The notes: generated by a model from the letters alone, not told the origin. 32,082 nucleotides of DNA from Octopus sinensis (GCF_006345805.1 NW_021829642.1:1-32082), one strand, 5' to 3'; positions 10,620-23,436 are shown, numbered from the stretch's first letter. Made by a program: numbers and translations.

Positions 10620-11330
10620 GTGCAGGTTAATGTTAGAGTAAATGATAGTGGCTTTGGTGGTGGTGGTGGTGGTGGTGGTGGTGGTGGTGGTGGGAATGGT
10701 ATGTGCAGACAGAAGTAGTTAAGGTGTTGATGGTAGTCTTCGAGGTTGTGGTGGCAGCACTAGTGGTGATGGCGTGCTCAGGTAGTAGCTTTAGTAGTGA
10801 AGCTAGAACTAAGAGTGGTTACAGTGCTGGCGGTGGTGGTGTAGTGTTTATCGTGACAGGTTGTTCTTGCACTAGTAATTTTAGTGGTGATGGTCATAGT
10901 GTTGATACAGGTTATGACTGTAGTAGCGGTGGTGCTGATGATGATATTATGTACAGGTTGTAGCACGTGCAGTAATGAAAGCAGAAGTAAGGACTAATGG
11001 CGTATGCAGCAATAATGGTGGCGTGGCGTAGTTTTAATTGTAGTGGTTGTGGTAGTGTTGTTGTTTTTGGTGTTGGTAGTGGTAACAGCCTCTAGTGGTG
11101 ACAGTACCTATAGTAGTGATGGCATTACTAATAGCGACTAAGTCGGAACGAGCGGTGGCGGCGGTGTGGGTTGTGATGATGGCTTATAATCGTATTAGTT
11201 TTGGTTATAGCGCTGATGATCATGGCGGTCGTAATGGCGGTAACAGAAATGATATTTCTACTTTTGTTGTTGTAGTTGTTTTCGTCTTCGTTGTTTACTC
11301 GTCCGTCATTATTGTCATTGTTAGTTGCTC
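10620..11330. repeat. Degenerate GGT/GTA/GTT trinucleotide low-complexity tract
   Basis: (GGT)n at 10655-10692 decaying into GT-rich triplets. Confidence 0.85.
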
Positions 11331-11507
11331 ATGACTTTAGGGGGTTTGTTTATTCTATATTATTCTCTATTACGATTTTTCTTCCTTTCTTTGTCTGTTT
11401 TGTCTTTCCTTTGATATCGAATTCTAACGTCTGTCTGCAACGTTTCTCTCATTTAGACTTTGGACTTTTTCGTTCGAGGAATCAGACATTTGAGGATTAG
11501 CTCGGTA

Positions 11508-11792
11508 TTTCTGTTTCTCTTTGTTACTTCTCTCTCTCTCTCTCCCTCCCTCTCTCTCTCTCTCTCTCTGTCTATTTATCTATCTATCTCTATCTCTGTC
11601 TCGTACAATCTCTCCCTTTCTCTCTTTCTGTCTGCCTCTTTAGCTCTGCGCTTAATTTTTTGTTAATCACTCATTCTCATTTAATTGTATATATTTCAAT
11701 TGTTTGTTTATTCATACGTTTCGTCTCATTCGATACCCTGACCCCAACGTTTGTTTTGTCCTCTCTTTTTCTCAACCTTATGGTGAATAAAG

Positions 11793-11825
<33 letters not shown>

Positions 11826-12090
11826 GCTGCCCACTCTCTCCGCCTCCTTATCTATTTGCCTATGTCTCTCTCTCTCTGTCTCTCTCTCTCCCGCTTTTTA
11901 TTTTTCCTCCTCTCTCTCTCTCTCTCTCTTTTACTCCATTTTTATCTTATTCTCTGTGTCTCTCACTTCCTGTGACTGTCTCTGTACCTATACATCTCTG
12001 TCTCTCCATCATCTTTTTCTTCTTTGTGTCTCTCCATCTCATCTTCTCTCTCTCTCTCTATCTCATCCTCTCTCTCTCTCCCTCTCTCTC
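11508..12090. repeat. (CT)-rich polypyrimidine low-complexity tract
   Basis: Directly visible. Confidence 0.9.
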
Positions 12091-13128
12091 CAGACAACCA
12101 AATTAAATACTATCTCGGATTCCTTACTGAATCTTTAATTTAACAAAACCATTTCCTTCTTTTCCTTTGTCTTACCAGCGATGTTTTCTACGAATATTGG
12201 TATTTTTTCGCTTTAATTTTTAAATTCCATTCTATTCCTTTCAATAAAATATTATTTACATGACCAACAGACAACGATAACAACAACAATAACAACAATC
12301 AGACAAAGAAACAAAACTGCATATAAACCATAAAAACATTTCTGATCCAAAATATATAAAAATACATAACAGAAATAAGGAGACGACACATCAAATAAAA
12401 TGTTTATATGAATATTCCAATAATCTATATTTTAATAAACAACACAGAAAACATAACATTTACGTGATTAAGAATACAAACAATTTGTTTGTGTGTGTGC
12501 GTGTGCGCACGCATGTATTAATGTTAGCCCACAGCAAAGGACTTTTATTTTCTAAAGAATTAACTCCAAGTGGTCTCTAGTTGAGGAGACCGAAGATCCA
12601 AACCATTCAATCCATGACAATTACATTTGTTTCATCCTTTTTAAAAGAAAATCGGTTATATGCCATAGAAGTAGTATTGAATTAAGATAGTTATTTGTGA
12701 CTTATATCCCTCCCTAACTCCCTCCCTCTCCCTGACACTCCGACCTCTCCCTCCCTCTCTCTCTCTCCTATTCTCTCTTTCTCTTTGTCAATCTAAATAA
12801 ATATATCAAGTGTTCTCTCTGATTATTCATCTCATAACAATCTCTCATATAGACTTACTGTGTTTAACAACATAGCATATATATCGGAGGCAGACGAAAA
12901 TCCTTCCAGAGAAAATAGAAACTGCATTCCTTTTCTGCTGAGTATTTTCATTAGTAAGTACTCAGAACCAACCACATCACAAAAGGAAATCTGTTGCCGC
13001 CGATTAGAATAGCTATTTCTGTATCATGTTTAATATTAGTACATCGTGATGGGCAGACTTACTGCCGTCTTCGTCCGGAGATAATATCCTTTATATTCAT
13101 GCCGTCGATACGGAAAAAAAGGACAAAA

Positions 13129-13545
13129 CAAGCATGGTTGTGTGGTAAGAACTTTGCTGTTCAGGGTTCAGTCCTACTGCGTGTCTCCTTGAGCAAGTGT
13201 CTTATACAATAGCCTTGGTCTAACCAAAATCTTGTGAGTGGATTTGGTAGACGGAAACTGAAAGAAGCCCATCATGTATGTATGTATATATATATATATA
13301 TATATATATGCCTGCATGCGTCTTTGTGCTTGTGTTTGTTTCCCATCAACGCCTGACAAGACAACGGGTGTTAGTGTGTTTATATCCCCGTAATTTAGCA
13401 GTTCGGTAAAAGAGACCAATAAAATAAGTACCAGGCTTTAAAAAATATGTTCTGGGGATCGATTTGTTCAAATCAGAGTCTTCAAGGTGGTGACCCATCA
13501 TGGCTACTATCTAGTGAATGAAACAAGTGAAAGATGAAAGATAAA
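13129..13545 (+). mobile_element. Full-length SINE type A
   Basis: Collinear similarity to the other type A copies; tail gtgaaagatgaaag. Confidence 0.9.
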
Positions 13546-14167
13546 TTATATATTGGGCGTATAAGAAAATGGTCCGAGCAGCGGAATGCTAGACGCGCAG
13601 TTGTTTCTCGTTGGGCTTTTGCCAATCTTATATACTTACAGCCAAACACATGTCAAGAAGAAATCTACCGCCACCGACATAGGAAAACAGTGAACGCACA
13701 ATCACTGGTGTTGTATGTAGCCACCCGGCAGAACATAAATCCCTCATTTGTAACTAAAGCACTGTTTCAATTAAAAAAATCTATTTGTTTATTATATTTA
13801 ATGTTTAAATATCGTTAGAGCAAACTTACGTCTGTCTTCGTCTACTCGTACTCTATCATACTGTGCTTGAAAATATAATGTTTATCGAAAGTTGTTTTTG
13901 CAGCGACATGTCAGAAAGATGGATGCATATCTGCGTCCTTAGGCTTCGTCAGCAGCATGTGCTCACTGCCAACCATAATGCTAAGACGACATCAATCACC
14001 ACTGATGTCTACGTGTGTGTTTGCGCGTGTATTAAGTGTGTATATAGATATTTTCATAATATGGGAACACACACACATTCACACATACACCAACATTATG
14101 AATATAATATGATATGAATATGTGTGTATATATATAGATCGATGTACAAATATATATATATATAATC

Positions 14168-14201
<34 letters not shown>

Positions 14202-14286
14202 ATATTATATATATATATTTATATACACCTATCTATGTATACATATATATCAATGTTTATGCATAGATAGATAGATATCCAGCTAT

Positions 14287-14321
<35 letters not shown>

Positions 14322-14334
14322 CATTGATAGATAT

Positions 14335-14414
<80 letters not shown>

Positions 14415-14906
14415 GCAAACAGAAAGAATGATAGTGAAAAAAGTGAGTGAGAATGCAGCGGGAAAAGAGAAAATGTCCCCTTCTATGTCTCTTCCCATAT
14501 TTAGGATCATAGATTCTGTAGAGTTTGAAATAATTTTGGCTGCTATGTCAAGCATTCTCGCCTCACTATGTAGACATCGCACCGCCTTCTCTTTCAGTTG
14601 ACCAAGATCACCCCGCAACGACATTCCCTCCAGCCGCTGCCACCGTCACCTCACTGGACAAGTCTTAGTATCATAATGGATTCCATATGGATCCATTGTT
14701 TTCTTATTTTGTTCCGTATTTGTTTTGTACTTTTTACTCCTCATTTCTTTTTTATAACTACGAAATAATTCATATATTCAAAATGTTGGACAATATACAG
14801 AATAATACTAAATTCTGTCTCGTGGTTGATTGTCATTTGCAGACAAGTATCTTCTCGTTTTCTCTTTAGGAAGAAAAAAAAGAACATCTCCTGTTTAAAA
14901 CATATT

Positions 14907-15228
14907 GATATGCCTCGCAACACATTTAGTCTTACTGCTAAAGAAATGGTAAAAAAAAAGAAGAAAAAACGAAAATAAAGATGACAAAATTACATTCTTT
15001 ATAAACCTTAAGTATGCTTTCACATACAGAAAACTTATTTTTATATATAATGCATGTCGCATATAATGGAGCTTTCGTCGTATAATGATGTTGCCTGGTT
15101 GAATATGGCGACGGTGAATATAATGGCGTTTTCACTCATAAAAGAACTTTATTACTCTGTTCCATTGGCTGCTAAAACTTGAAGCTATAATACCTGCTAT
15201 AGGCCACATTATATTATGTTTCAAAAAT
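14907..15228 (+). repeat. Diverged local direct duplication, copy 1
   Basis: Collinear with 16079-16388; identical 27-mer tataaaccttaagtatgctttcacata at 15000-15026 and 16164-16190. Confidence 0.9.
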
Positions 15229-15231
15229 CTC

Positions 15232-15412
15232 GCAAGCAATGCTGTTTGATAAAGAAGTACGCTTCGCAAACACGTGGTTTCGGATTCCGTACCACTGCGG
15301 TGCGGCACCCTGAGCACATGCGTTCTTTTCTATTATAGTACCGAAGCTCCGGTCGATCAATGCTTTGTGAGAGAATTTGATAGACGGAAACTGTGAGAAG
15401 GCAGTTGTATAT
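15232..15412 (+). mobile_element. Degenerate SINE type A head
   Basis: aagaagtacgcttc...ggcaccctgagca...tagacggaaactg landmarks. Confidence 0.7.
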
Positions 15413-15463
15413 ACAGGTGAGGACAAAAGTAGATGTACAGTTGCTCAATATGAGCAGAATGTT

Positions 15464-15610
15464 TAAGGCGGCGAATTAGCAAGAGTTCTGAGTTCAAATT
15501 CCTCTGAGATCGACTTTGCCTTTCATTCTTTCAAGATCGATAAAATAAGTAACACTTGAGTGCTGGCGTTGGTGTAAACGTCTTATACCTCCCCCTGAAA
15601 CTACTACCCA
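15464..15610 (+). mobile_element. Internally deleted SINE type B
   Basis: aaggcggcga head and tgagttcaaattcc...tcgactttgcctttcat core. Confidence 0.8.
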
Positions 15611-15838
15611 TTTCGGTGGAATGTTATTTTCATTTCTCTTTTAGGATAAGAATTCTATGCAATTAGGAATAATTATTTTATTAGAGATATAATTAATTAA
15701 AAAGAACATGCTAAAAGAAAGATATTAGAGAAATGAAAAGAACATTCTACAAATCAAGGAACTGTGTACCTGCTTTTACACCTGGACCCTGTGTTTGTGT
15801 TGTGTGCGCGTGTTTCTGAGAGAGAGAGTGTGTGTGTG

Positions 15839-15871
<33 letters not shown>

Positions 15872-16078
15872 TCCTCAACAACGTAAAAACTTGGCAATTG
15901 GTGTTGCTGTATCTACATCCCAGTAAAATGGACGATTCGGTAAAAAGTGACCATCTGCATAAATGGCAGACATTAAAACAAGGACAGGCGTCGACTTGTC
16001 TCACTAAACTCTTCAAGCCGGCGACCCAGCTCGACCGCAGTCCTGTAAGTGAAGCAAGTACAAAATAAAGAGATAAAC

Positions 16079-16388
16079 GATATGCGTCAACCACACGTTT
16101 AGCCTTCCTGCTTAAGAAATGAAAAAAAGGAAACGAAAATAAAGAACAAAGACTACCTTTATATATAAACCTTAAGTATGCTTTCACATAGAGAAACTTG
16201 TTTTTATATATAATGCCTGTTATATAATGGAGTTTTCGTCTTCGGCTATAATAGTGTTCGCTGGTTGAATATATAGCAACGGTGAATATAATGGTGTTGT
16301 CATATAAAATTATTTTATTATTCTGTTTCATTGGCAGCTATGATTTGGAGATATGATGCACTCTATGAGCGACATTATGCTTTAAAAG
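16079..16388 (+). repeat. Diverged local direct duplication, copy 2
   Basis: Collinear with 14907-15228. Confidence 0.9.
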
Positions 16389-16699
16389 CCCACAAATAAA
16401 ACCGTAAGAAGTAACCGCTTTAAATATAAACTGAAAGAGTTATTTGCCAGCCATGCCTAAAGATGGGAAAAAGACGTTTTAATGCAGCCGTTTTGGGTCG
16501 ACGCTGATTTATTTGACCTCAAACTCTTTCATTTTTTTCTCGTCCTCCACCAACTCTCTCACTTTGCCTCTCTCTCTCTCTCTCTCTCTCGTTCTTTCAC
16601 CCCTCTCTACCTATTCTTCTCTTTCTTTTTATCTGTGTGATCACCCTAGTTATATTCGTATGAGGGCATAATGTTTCTCACAAACTCTCTCTCTTTCTC

Positions 16700-16740
<41 letters not shown>

Positions 16741-17109
16741 TCTCTCTCTCTCTATCCATTTGTACGTGTATATTTGTACTCGTCTTTGTGAGTGCGTTTC
16801 TGGGTGTTTATCTCCGGTGCCAAATGATACTATCGCCAAAGCTGGCTCCAAGTCCAGTCAGATGAGTCAAATATTAGCGTCCAAACAGCTGCACCTAATA
16901 AACTCATCCCGTCAACGAGAGTTTTCTTTCAGCTGTTAAATGGCGCCTGAATACAGGGAAATAAAGATAAGTTCCATTGCTCTGTAAACACTTGGTAAAT
17001 TTTAAAGCGACGAACGGCAGAGTTATTGGCGTGTTGGATAGAATGCCTCCATGAGGTCAAATTTGCTTTTAATATTTTCTGTGTTTTTAGACAAATTACA
17101 AGGTACCAG

Positions 17110-17340
17110 TCCTAGGCGATGCTTTGATGGAACATTAAGACTCTTCGAAGAGTTGTGTATTTTCTGATGCCAACATCTACGAAAACATGAGCTCCGAACT
17201 GCACCGGCCCAAGTCGGTACCTTGGAGAGGAGAGACTAGCACACATGGACAACCACAACACTTTCTCGCAAACATCTGATCTGGGCCTTCCTATGAATGC
17301 GCAGGTGGATGACCCATCTTCGCAGACAATGACTCTACAA
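17110..17340 (+). mobile_element. Frameshifted relic of an RTE-like LINE ORF2 C-terminus
   Basis: Across frames: KTLRRVV, QHLRKHELRT, LAHMDNH, KHLIW, HLR in the order expected for LRRI..W.QHI.N.EL...GHLARMD...K.L.W...GRP.LRW. Confidence 0.45.
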
Positions 17341-17777
17341 TGGCAAAAATTAAAGAAAATTTATTATTGGTATGTTCTAGCAATCATTGTTTAGCCTCGA
17401 GTTAGCTACGACAAGGGAGAATTACTAAGAGCAAAACATTTTAGTTTTCATTTGTATTCATTTTATTAATATTCTTATTTATTTATGCGACATTTTTACT
17501 AAGCACAAATATAAATCATTTTCTAATTGGCTTGGATACAGCAATCCTGAATGGATTCAGGATCCCGATGCAAATGAAGACTGCCAACATCATTTTGAAA
17601 CAACATTATTCAATATATTGTGTACTCATGTGATTGTGTTTATTTTAGACTATCGATAATCCTGGGTCAAGATCGGAATACTGAGGCCAATAAGCATAAA
17701 TACATTTAATACAAACATACACACACACATATGTATACTTAATTACATATAAGTTTGTGTATGTACATATATATGTA

Positions 17778-17814
<37 letters not shown>

Positions 17815-18131
17815 CAAATCTATATATATTCACTGTAGAAACATAGGTACGTACATGCATACGTATAAATACAAACACGCAGAGAGAATTAAATTTTGCT
17901 GGTTATGGTGTTGGTTTTGTTAGTATATGGTATGGATTGTATGGTGCTGCAGTATATTCAAGTGTGTATAACTATGCAAATACGTAAATGAATCCATTGT
18001 CTACAGAAGGTTTATAATATCGAACGTTGTGCGGGATTATGAAATATTTCTGTAACGAATACTTACAACATTTATTGCATAACAGACAGAATTACAATTC
18101 ATCCATATATACACGCATGCATTATATGTAT

Positions 18132-18230
<99 letters not shown>

Positions 18231-19098
18231 TACATATACCTAATATTGGAATATATATGTATTGATAAATATATATGCATACATATATGTACACTTAAAT
18301 ATTTATGCATATATATATAGTGAGAGAGGGAAAGAGAGAAAGATAGACAGAGCGAGATAGATAGATAGATAGATAGACAGATAGATAGATGTATTGATTG
18401 GTTGACAGACGGACAAATACACAGATATATGTATAACGCCTATGATTAAATATGCACTCATACTTGCTCACCCGATGCAATAATGTCACTATGTGAATTA
18501 GTTTGTGTTTTTCGACAACATTCTTATTTATTTTGTTTACACAAGAATGCATGTACACGTGCACGCGCGCGCAGACACATATGAAAATATATTAAATAAC
18601 ATACAAGAGGATTACTAGATTTCTTGAATTGCTTTCCACTTCCACTGCAGAAGATTGGTATTATCTTCCACTACGAAGATCAAGATATTTCAGACATCAA
18701 GAATAATGCACGCTTCACATGACTTGAAGTAAAACAAAGATTATCTGAAGACGAGTATGCACATGTTTTAGCCTTAACTGACATCATTAGCTCAGCGGTT
18801 TTCCGACCTTAACTTCGGGTGGCCTAAACCAAACATATATGCACTTATGAAGTCTAAGTACTTGGTACAAATGTTAGGCAAATGAGCCAAGAGGATTAGC
18901 TCAGAGGGGCGAGTTGCAGGTTTTGATAACAAATACGAGAAAGACTATTCTAAATAACATGCAAGAATTTTTTTCTATTTACTGAAATGTTCTTTCCTGT
19001 CGTCTATAATTGTGTGGGTACGTGCGTGTGCGAGTGTCAAAATATGTGTACAGTTATGCACCTATATGTATGTATGTGTACATAATCTATAGATTTAT

Positions 19099-19520
19099 CA
19101 GGCGTGGCCTTTTGGTAAGAAGCTTGCTTCCTAATCATTTGCTCTGTATTCTGTCCCACTAGGTGGCTCCTAGGTAGAGGCGCGTGACTTTGTGGTTAGG
19201 GTGTCAGCATCATGATCGTAAGATTGTGGTTTCGATTCCTGGACCGGGTGACGCGTTGTGTTCTTGAACAAACCACTTCAGTTCACTTTGCTCCAGTCCA
19301 CTCAGCTGGCAAAAATGAGTAACGCTGCGACGGACTGGCGTCCCGTCCAGCAGGGGAACATATACGCCATAGAAACCGGGAAACGGGGCCCATGAGCCTG
19401 ACTAGGCTTTAAAAGGACGAAAAAATGAGAATATGAGCTAACTCTTGATACTTTGGCCACGTTTCTTTTAACAAAGCCTTGGGTCTTGATAGGTAGGGGA
19501 ACTGAAAAACAGCCTGCCAT
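19099..19520 (+). mobile_element. SINE type A head interrupted by a type C SINE
   Basis: Type A head at 19099-19177 resumes at ~19470-19520 (acaaagccttg...gaactgaaa). Confidence 0.65.
19178..19420 (+). mobile_element. tRNA-derived CORE-like SINE type C
   Basis: A-box gtgactttgtggttagg, B-box gtttcgattcc, CORE-like gttgtgttcttgaacaaaccactt, then ctgcgacggactggcgtcccgtccag; antisense copy at 27085-27270. Confidence 0.8.
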
Positions 19521-19594
19521 ATACACACATATATACATACGTACATACATTTATGTGTGAGTGCGAGAGAGAGAGTGTGTGAGTGCGTGTGTAT

Positions 19595-19812
19595 GTTGTT
19601 GTTGTTGTTGTTGTTGTTTTAAGCAACAAGACGGGTAAGGGTGATTAGGTGATGGTCTAGGGCTTAGGGGCGGGAGACCCCAGACCTTGGAAAAAAAAAC
19701 TTTGGTTGTCTTGCAGTCAAGGGCTCTTCGTTGACGCCCGACACCACTGGGAGGTAGCCCTCGAAGTCGCTGGAAATGGAGATCTCCAGGTCAAAATTCT
19801 TGAACGGCTCTG
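19595..19812 (-). other. GC-rich coding-like fragment with (AAC)n tail, embedded in (CA)n; origin unknown (retroelement 3' end or exon)
   Basis: Minus frame EPFKNFDLEISISSDFEGYLPVVSGVNEEPL with most codons ending in G/C, then a pyrimidine-rich stretch and (AAC)n. Confidence 0.35.
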
Positions 19813-19817
19813 TGTGA

Positions 19818-19881
<64 letters not shown>

Positions 19882-21489
19882 TGTGTGTGTGTGTGAGCGT
19901 GTCAAGCCGCGTGTCGTTTTCTTTCTGGCTGAAGATTACGAGGAGAAATTGATAATTTGGATGTTCGATTAATCTAAAATCTCGACTTGTCTTCGTCTCC
20001 ATCGGCGGAGGTTACATTCAATTCTATCATTAATGTGGAACTATTTGAATCTGTCAACGTATGTGTCATGGCAAAGATGTGCATCTTTGCTTGTATGTGT
20101 ATCTGTTCGAGACTGCTTCGCCTGTGCGTTTGTATGCATGTACTTGTGTGTGGGGATGAGTGGGAATGTGTGTGGGTGTGGGTGTGTCTGTGGGTGTTCT
20201 TGTGTTTTGTACGTGAATACGTGATAAAACTAGCTGAATCAGCTGTAATAATGTCAATTCATTGCACCTGAGAATCAAATCTGTTTCAGATTTTTCGAAG
20301 AATAAGATTGTAAATCATATTTAGCGTTACACACACACAAACACACAGACACAAACACAGACATACCCCTACAGACACGGATACACTCATACATGAAAAC
20401 ATGCACGCGTATTTTAACACTTGTATAGACATACAGGTACAGACACACATAAACATACGCATACGAATACTTCTTTTCGTTATCTTGACACTAACGACTA
20501 ACCTAATTTACTGGCAAGGAGTTCACTAAGTCTCACAGAGTGTGTTTGTGTGTTATTGCGTGTGTGTGTCTTCGTGTCTGCGTGTGTGTGTGTGTGTGTG
20601 CCATGATGAACAAGATTATAGATACGCCATTTTAAACCGCGATATTCATTCACTCTCTTCCTCATTCTTTTACGAAAAGAGATAAGAAAATTCCGAGGAA
20701 CTATTCTAGATATTTCTGTGGAGAAATGCCGATATTCTATTATTGTTCTTCTTAAGAAAAAGTAATATATATGCATGCATATGTATGTACGTATGTATTT
20801 AGTTATGTTTATGTACGTATGATGTATATGTATATATATATATTATATATAGATATATATTATATATATATATATATTAATGTGGTTGTGTGTGTGTGTG
20901 TGTATACATATATAATTTATATATACATATATAAATACATATAAATTGCATATCTATATGTGTGCATGTATGTATATATATATATATATATATAAGTATA
21001 TATGTATATTTGTATGTTGTAATATATATATATATATATATATAATATATATATATGTATTTATGTATGTACGTATGTATGCATGTATGTATGTATGTAT
21101 GTACGTATGTATGCATGTATGTATGTATGCATGTATGTATGTATGCATGTATGTATGCGTTTAAGTATAAATAATTAAATACAAAAATAATTATTATTAT
21201 CGCTGTAGCTACTTTGCTGCAGTCGTCGTTATCATAATCAGCATCGTTGTCATCGTCGTCGCCATCATCATCATCAGCAACAGTACCCTTATTATCATCA
21301 TTGTTATTACCATCATTGTTATTATTGTCATTGTTATTATTCGAATTATTATTATTGTTGTTCTTGTTGTACTTTTTCATTAAGATTTTCCGCACTAGAT
21401 ATAGTGAACTTTTCTACTTCATATTCTGGTAGAATCGTTTAGAAGAAAATACGGTTCGCGTAATTATTTCCAATTCCTTACACTCAGCT

Positions 21490-21757
21490 TATAATCATGG
21501 GGTCATGAGTTCGATACGTAGCAACGTATTGTGACCCTCAGCAACACACTTTATTTCACATTACTCCAGTCCACGTCTTTTAAAATGGCCAGCCACCCCA
21601 TACCCTTGAGTTCAAATTCCGCCGAGGTCGACTTTGCCTTTCATCCTTTCGGGATCGATAAATTAAGTACCAGTTACGCACTGGGGGTCGATGTAATCGA
21701 CTTAATCCGTTTGTCAGTACTTCTTTGTCCCCTCTATGTTTAGCCCCTTGTGGGTAA
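21490..21757 (+). mobile_element. Degenerate type C head (21490-21575) followed by a well-preserved 5'-truncated type B SINE (21605-21757)
   Basis: gagttcgatac...cactttatttcacattactccagtccac; tgagttcaaattccgccgaggtcgactttgcc...tagccccttgtggg. Confidence 0.8.
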
Positions 21758-21761
21758 TAAT

Positions 21762-22020
21762 GAAACAGATTCTCCTTTTTGGGTTTCATCGAATTTTTCA
21801 AATTCCAATTGCAAAGGAAAATGAAGATGGAGACTTCCTGCGTTCCAACAAATTTGTTGAAAGATGGGTGAGGGTGAGGAGCATGGTGCGAAATGAAGTA
21901 TTCTGAGCATGCAACCTGTAGATTGAACGAAAACAACAAAAAGAGACCGGTGGTAGTGATCAGGCTGACGATGTTTTTTTTTTGTCTTGTTTTGTATTTT
22001 TATTTTATTGTCTACGGGTA
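21762..22020 (+). mobile_element. 3' end relic of a Tx1/L1-clade LINE (ORF2 C-terminus and 3' UTR)
   Basis: FIEFFKFQLQRKMKME, frameshift, then SNKFVERWVRVRSMVR, stop, T-rich UTR; F...W terminal motif typical of L1/Tx1 ORF2 (assignment from memory). Confidence 0.5.
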
Positions 22021-22064
22021 GCCATTGGGGGAATACTTCCACTTTTAGCGAATTATTCATTGCT

Positions 22065-22375
22065 CAATCGCTTTTCATCCCTTCGGGATCGATGAAATGG
22101 GCATTAGTTGTGTAGAGGCGTCGATGTCATTGACTTACCCAATCCCTCTAAACTGCTGGCTTTATACCAAAAATTTGTGCCAAATTCTTGTTGTTGTTGT
22201 TGTTAAGGTGGAGAGCTGGTAGAATCGTTAGTAAGCCGGGTAAATGCTTAGCAGTATTTCGTCCGTCTTTACATTCTGAGTTCGAAAGGCACCCAGGTTG
22301 GCTAGGAAAGCAGTCCAGCAGGGAGATCAATAAAATCGACTTGCCCCTCCGCCACCAAAAATTCAGGAGTACAAA
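22065..22375 (+). mobile_element. Two SINE type B pieces (3' fragment 22065-22185; copy 22205-22375)
   Basis: ttttcatcccttcgggatcgat; aaggtggagagctggtagaatcgttag...ctgagttcgaa. Confidence 0.75.
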
Positions 22376-22404
22376 TAACAGACTGGATTATTATTATTAT
22401 CAGT

Positions 22405-22424
22405 ATTAGTAGTAGTAGTAGTAA

Positions 22425-22458
<34 letters not shown>

Positions 22459-22466
22459 TAGTAGTT

Positions 22467-22525
<59 letters not shown>
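22405..22525. repeat. (TAG)n microsatellite
   Basis: Directly visible. Confidence 0.95.
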
Positions 22526-22526
<1 letters not shown>

Positions 22527-22932
22527 AAACAGTATCAGTAGCAATATTGCATATTTCTGGTTTACTTCAATTAACGTTTACCAAATCAAGATGTAGATGT
22601 TTCTTCCACGAACGACGACAGAGTGAATCACACAGGATGCAGTGTTCCAGTGTGTGAGTGTGAGCGTGTGTATGCTTGTGAGTGGGCGTATATATATATA
22701 TATATATATGCGTATGTGTGTGTGTGTGTGTGTGTGTGCGTATGTATTTGAACGTATGCGTGTCTCAAACTGTGTATCTGCGCGTGTGTATTCGTAGGAA
22801 GCTTTCCTAAATTCAATTACTATTTCCTTATCGCACCAGTGTCATATAAATCCCATGTCGATAATACGACAAACATAGGTAGATACGTTTTTTTTCTTTA
22901 TATCTCTATGTCTGCGGGTGTATTTGTGTCTG

Positions 22933-22974
<42 letters not shown>

Positions 22975-23312
22975 TATATAAATATATATGTATATGTATA
23001 TGTATATATATATACGTGTATATATATATACATATATATGTATATATATGTGTGTGTGTGGTGCATGTATGTATGTATGTATATGTACATGAATACAAAT
23101 GCTCAGAAACAAAACAGTGTATGTTCTGCGTGTTAGACACGATACGTTTTCATTCGGTAATCTATTTCTAGTATAACAGATCTAATTTGATTATTTCAAT
23201 TACTAAGACTCATACCATCGCCAGACTCAAGCAAAAGGAAATATAACATTGTTCCGACCCACATGTCGTCTACCAAACCATCGAATCTCTATCTCACGAT
23301 CGTCTTCCATAT

Positions 23313-23355
23313 TTACCTCTTGATAAAGTACAAGCACCCGAAACGTCGATGGTGA
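23313..23355 (+). ncRNA. Degenerate minimal hammerhead-like relic
   Basis: TTACCTC TTGATAA AGTAC AA GCACCC GAAA C GTC GATGGTGA; stem I pairs with one bulge, GAAAC-GTC intact, core differs from CUGAUGA by two transitions. Confidence 0.35.
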
Positions 23356-23436
23356 TTTGTATTTTTCCCTTTTAGATATAAAACTTCTCTCTTTCCTTTC
23401 TTTGGTTTTGTGTGTGTGTGTGTGTGTGTGTGTTTG

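Noticed and set aside
17140-17280. Peptide SDANIYENMSSELHRPKS resembling a phosphotyrosine motif exon
   Set aside because: Bounded by stops, weak splice sites, and better explained as an alternative frame of the RTE-like relic
17544-17563. Perfect 9-bp inverted repeat; near-palindrome at 14675-14698
   Set aside because: Short enough to be expected by chance in 32 kb of AT-rich DNA
18640-18812. Protein-like frame KIGIIFHYEDQDISDIKNNARFT*LEVKQRLSEDEYAHVL and a cagcggttttc hAT-like end at ~18794
   Set aside because: Internal stop, no recognisable homology, no matching target duplication
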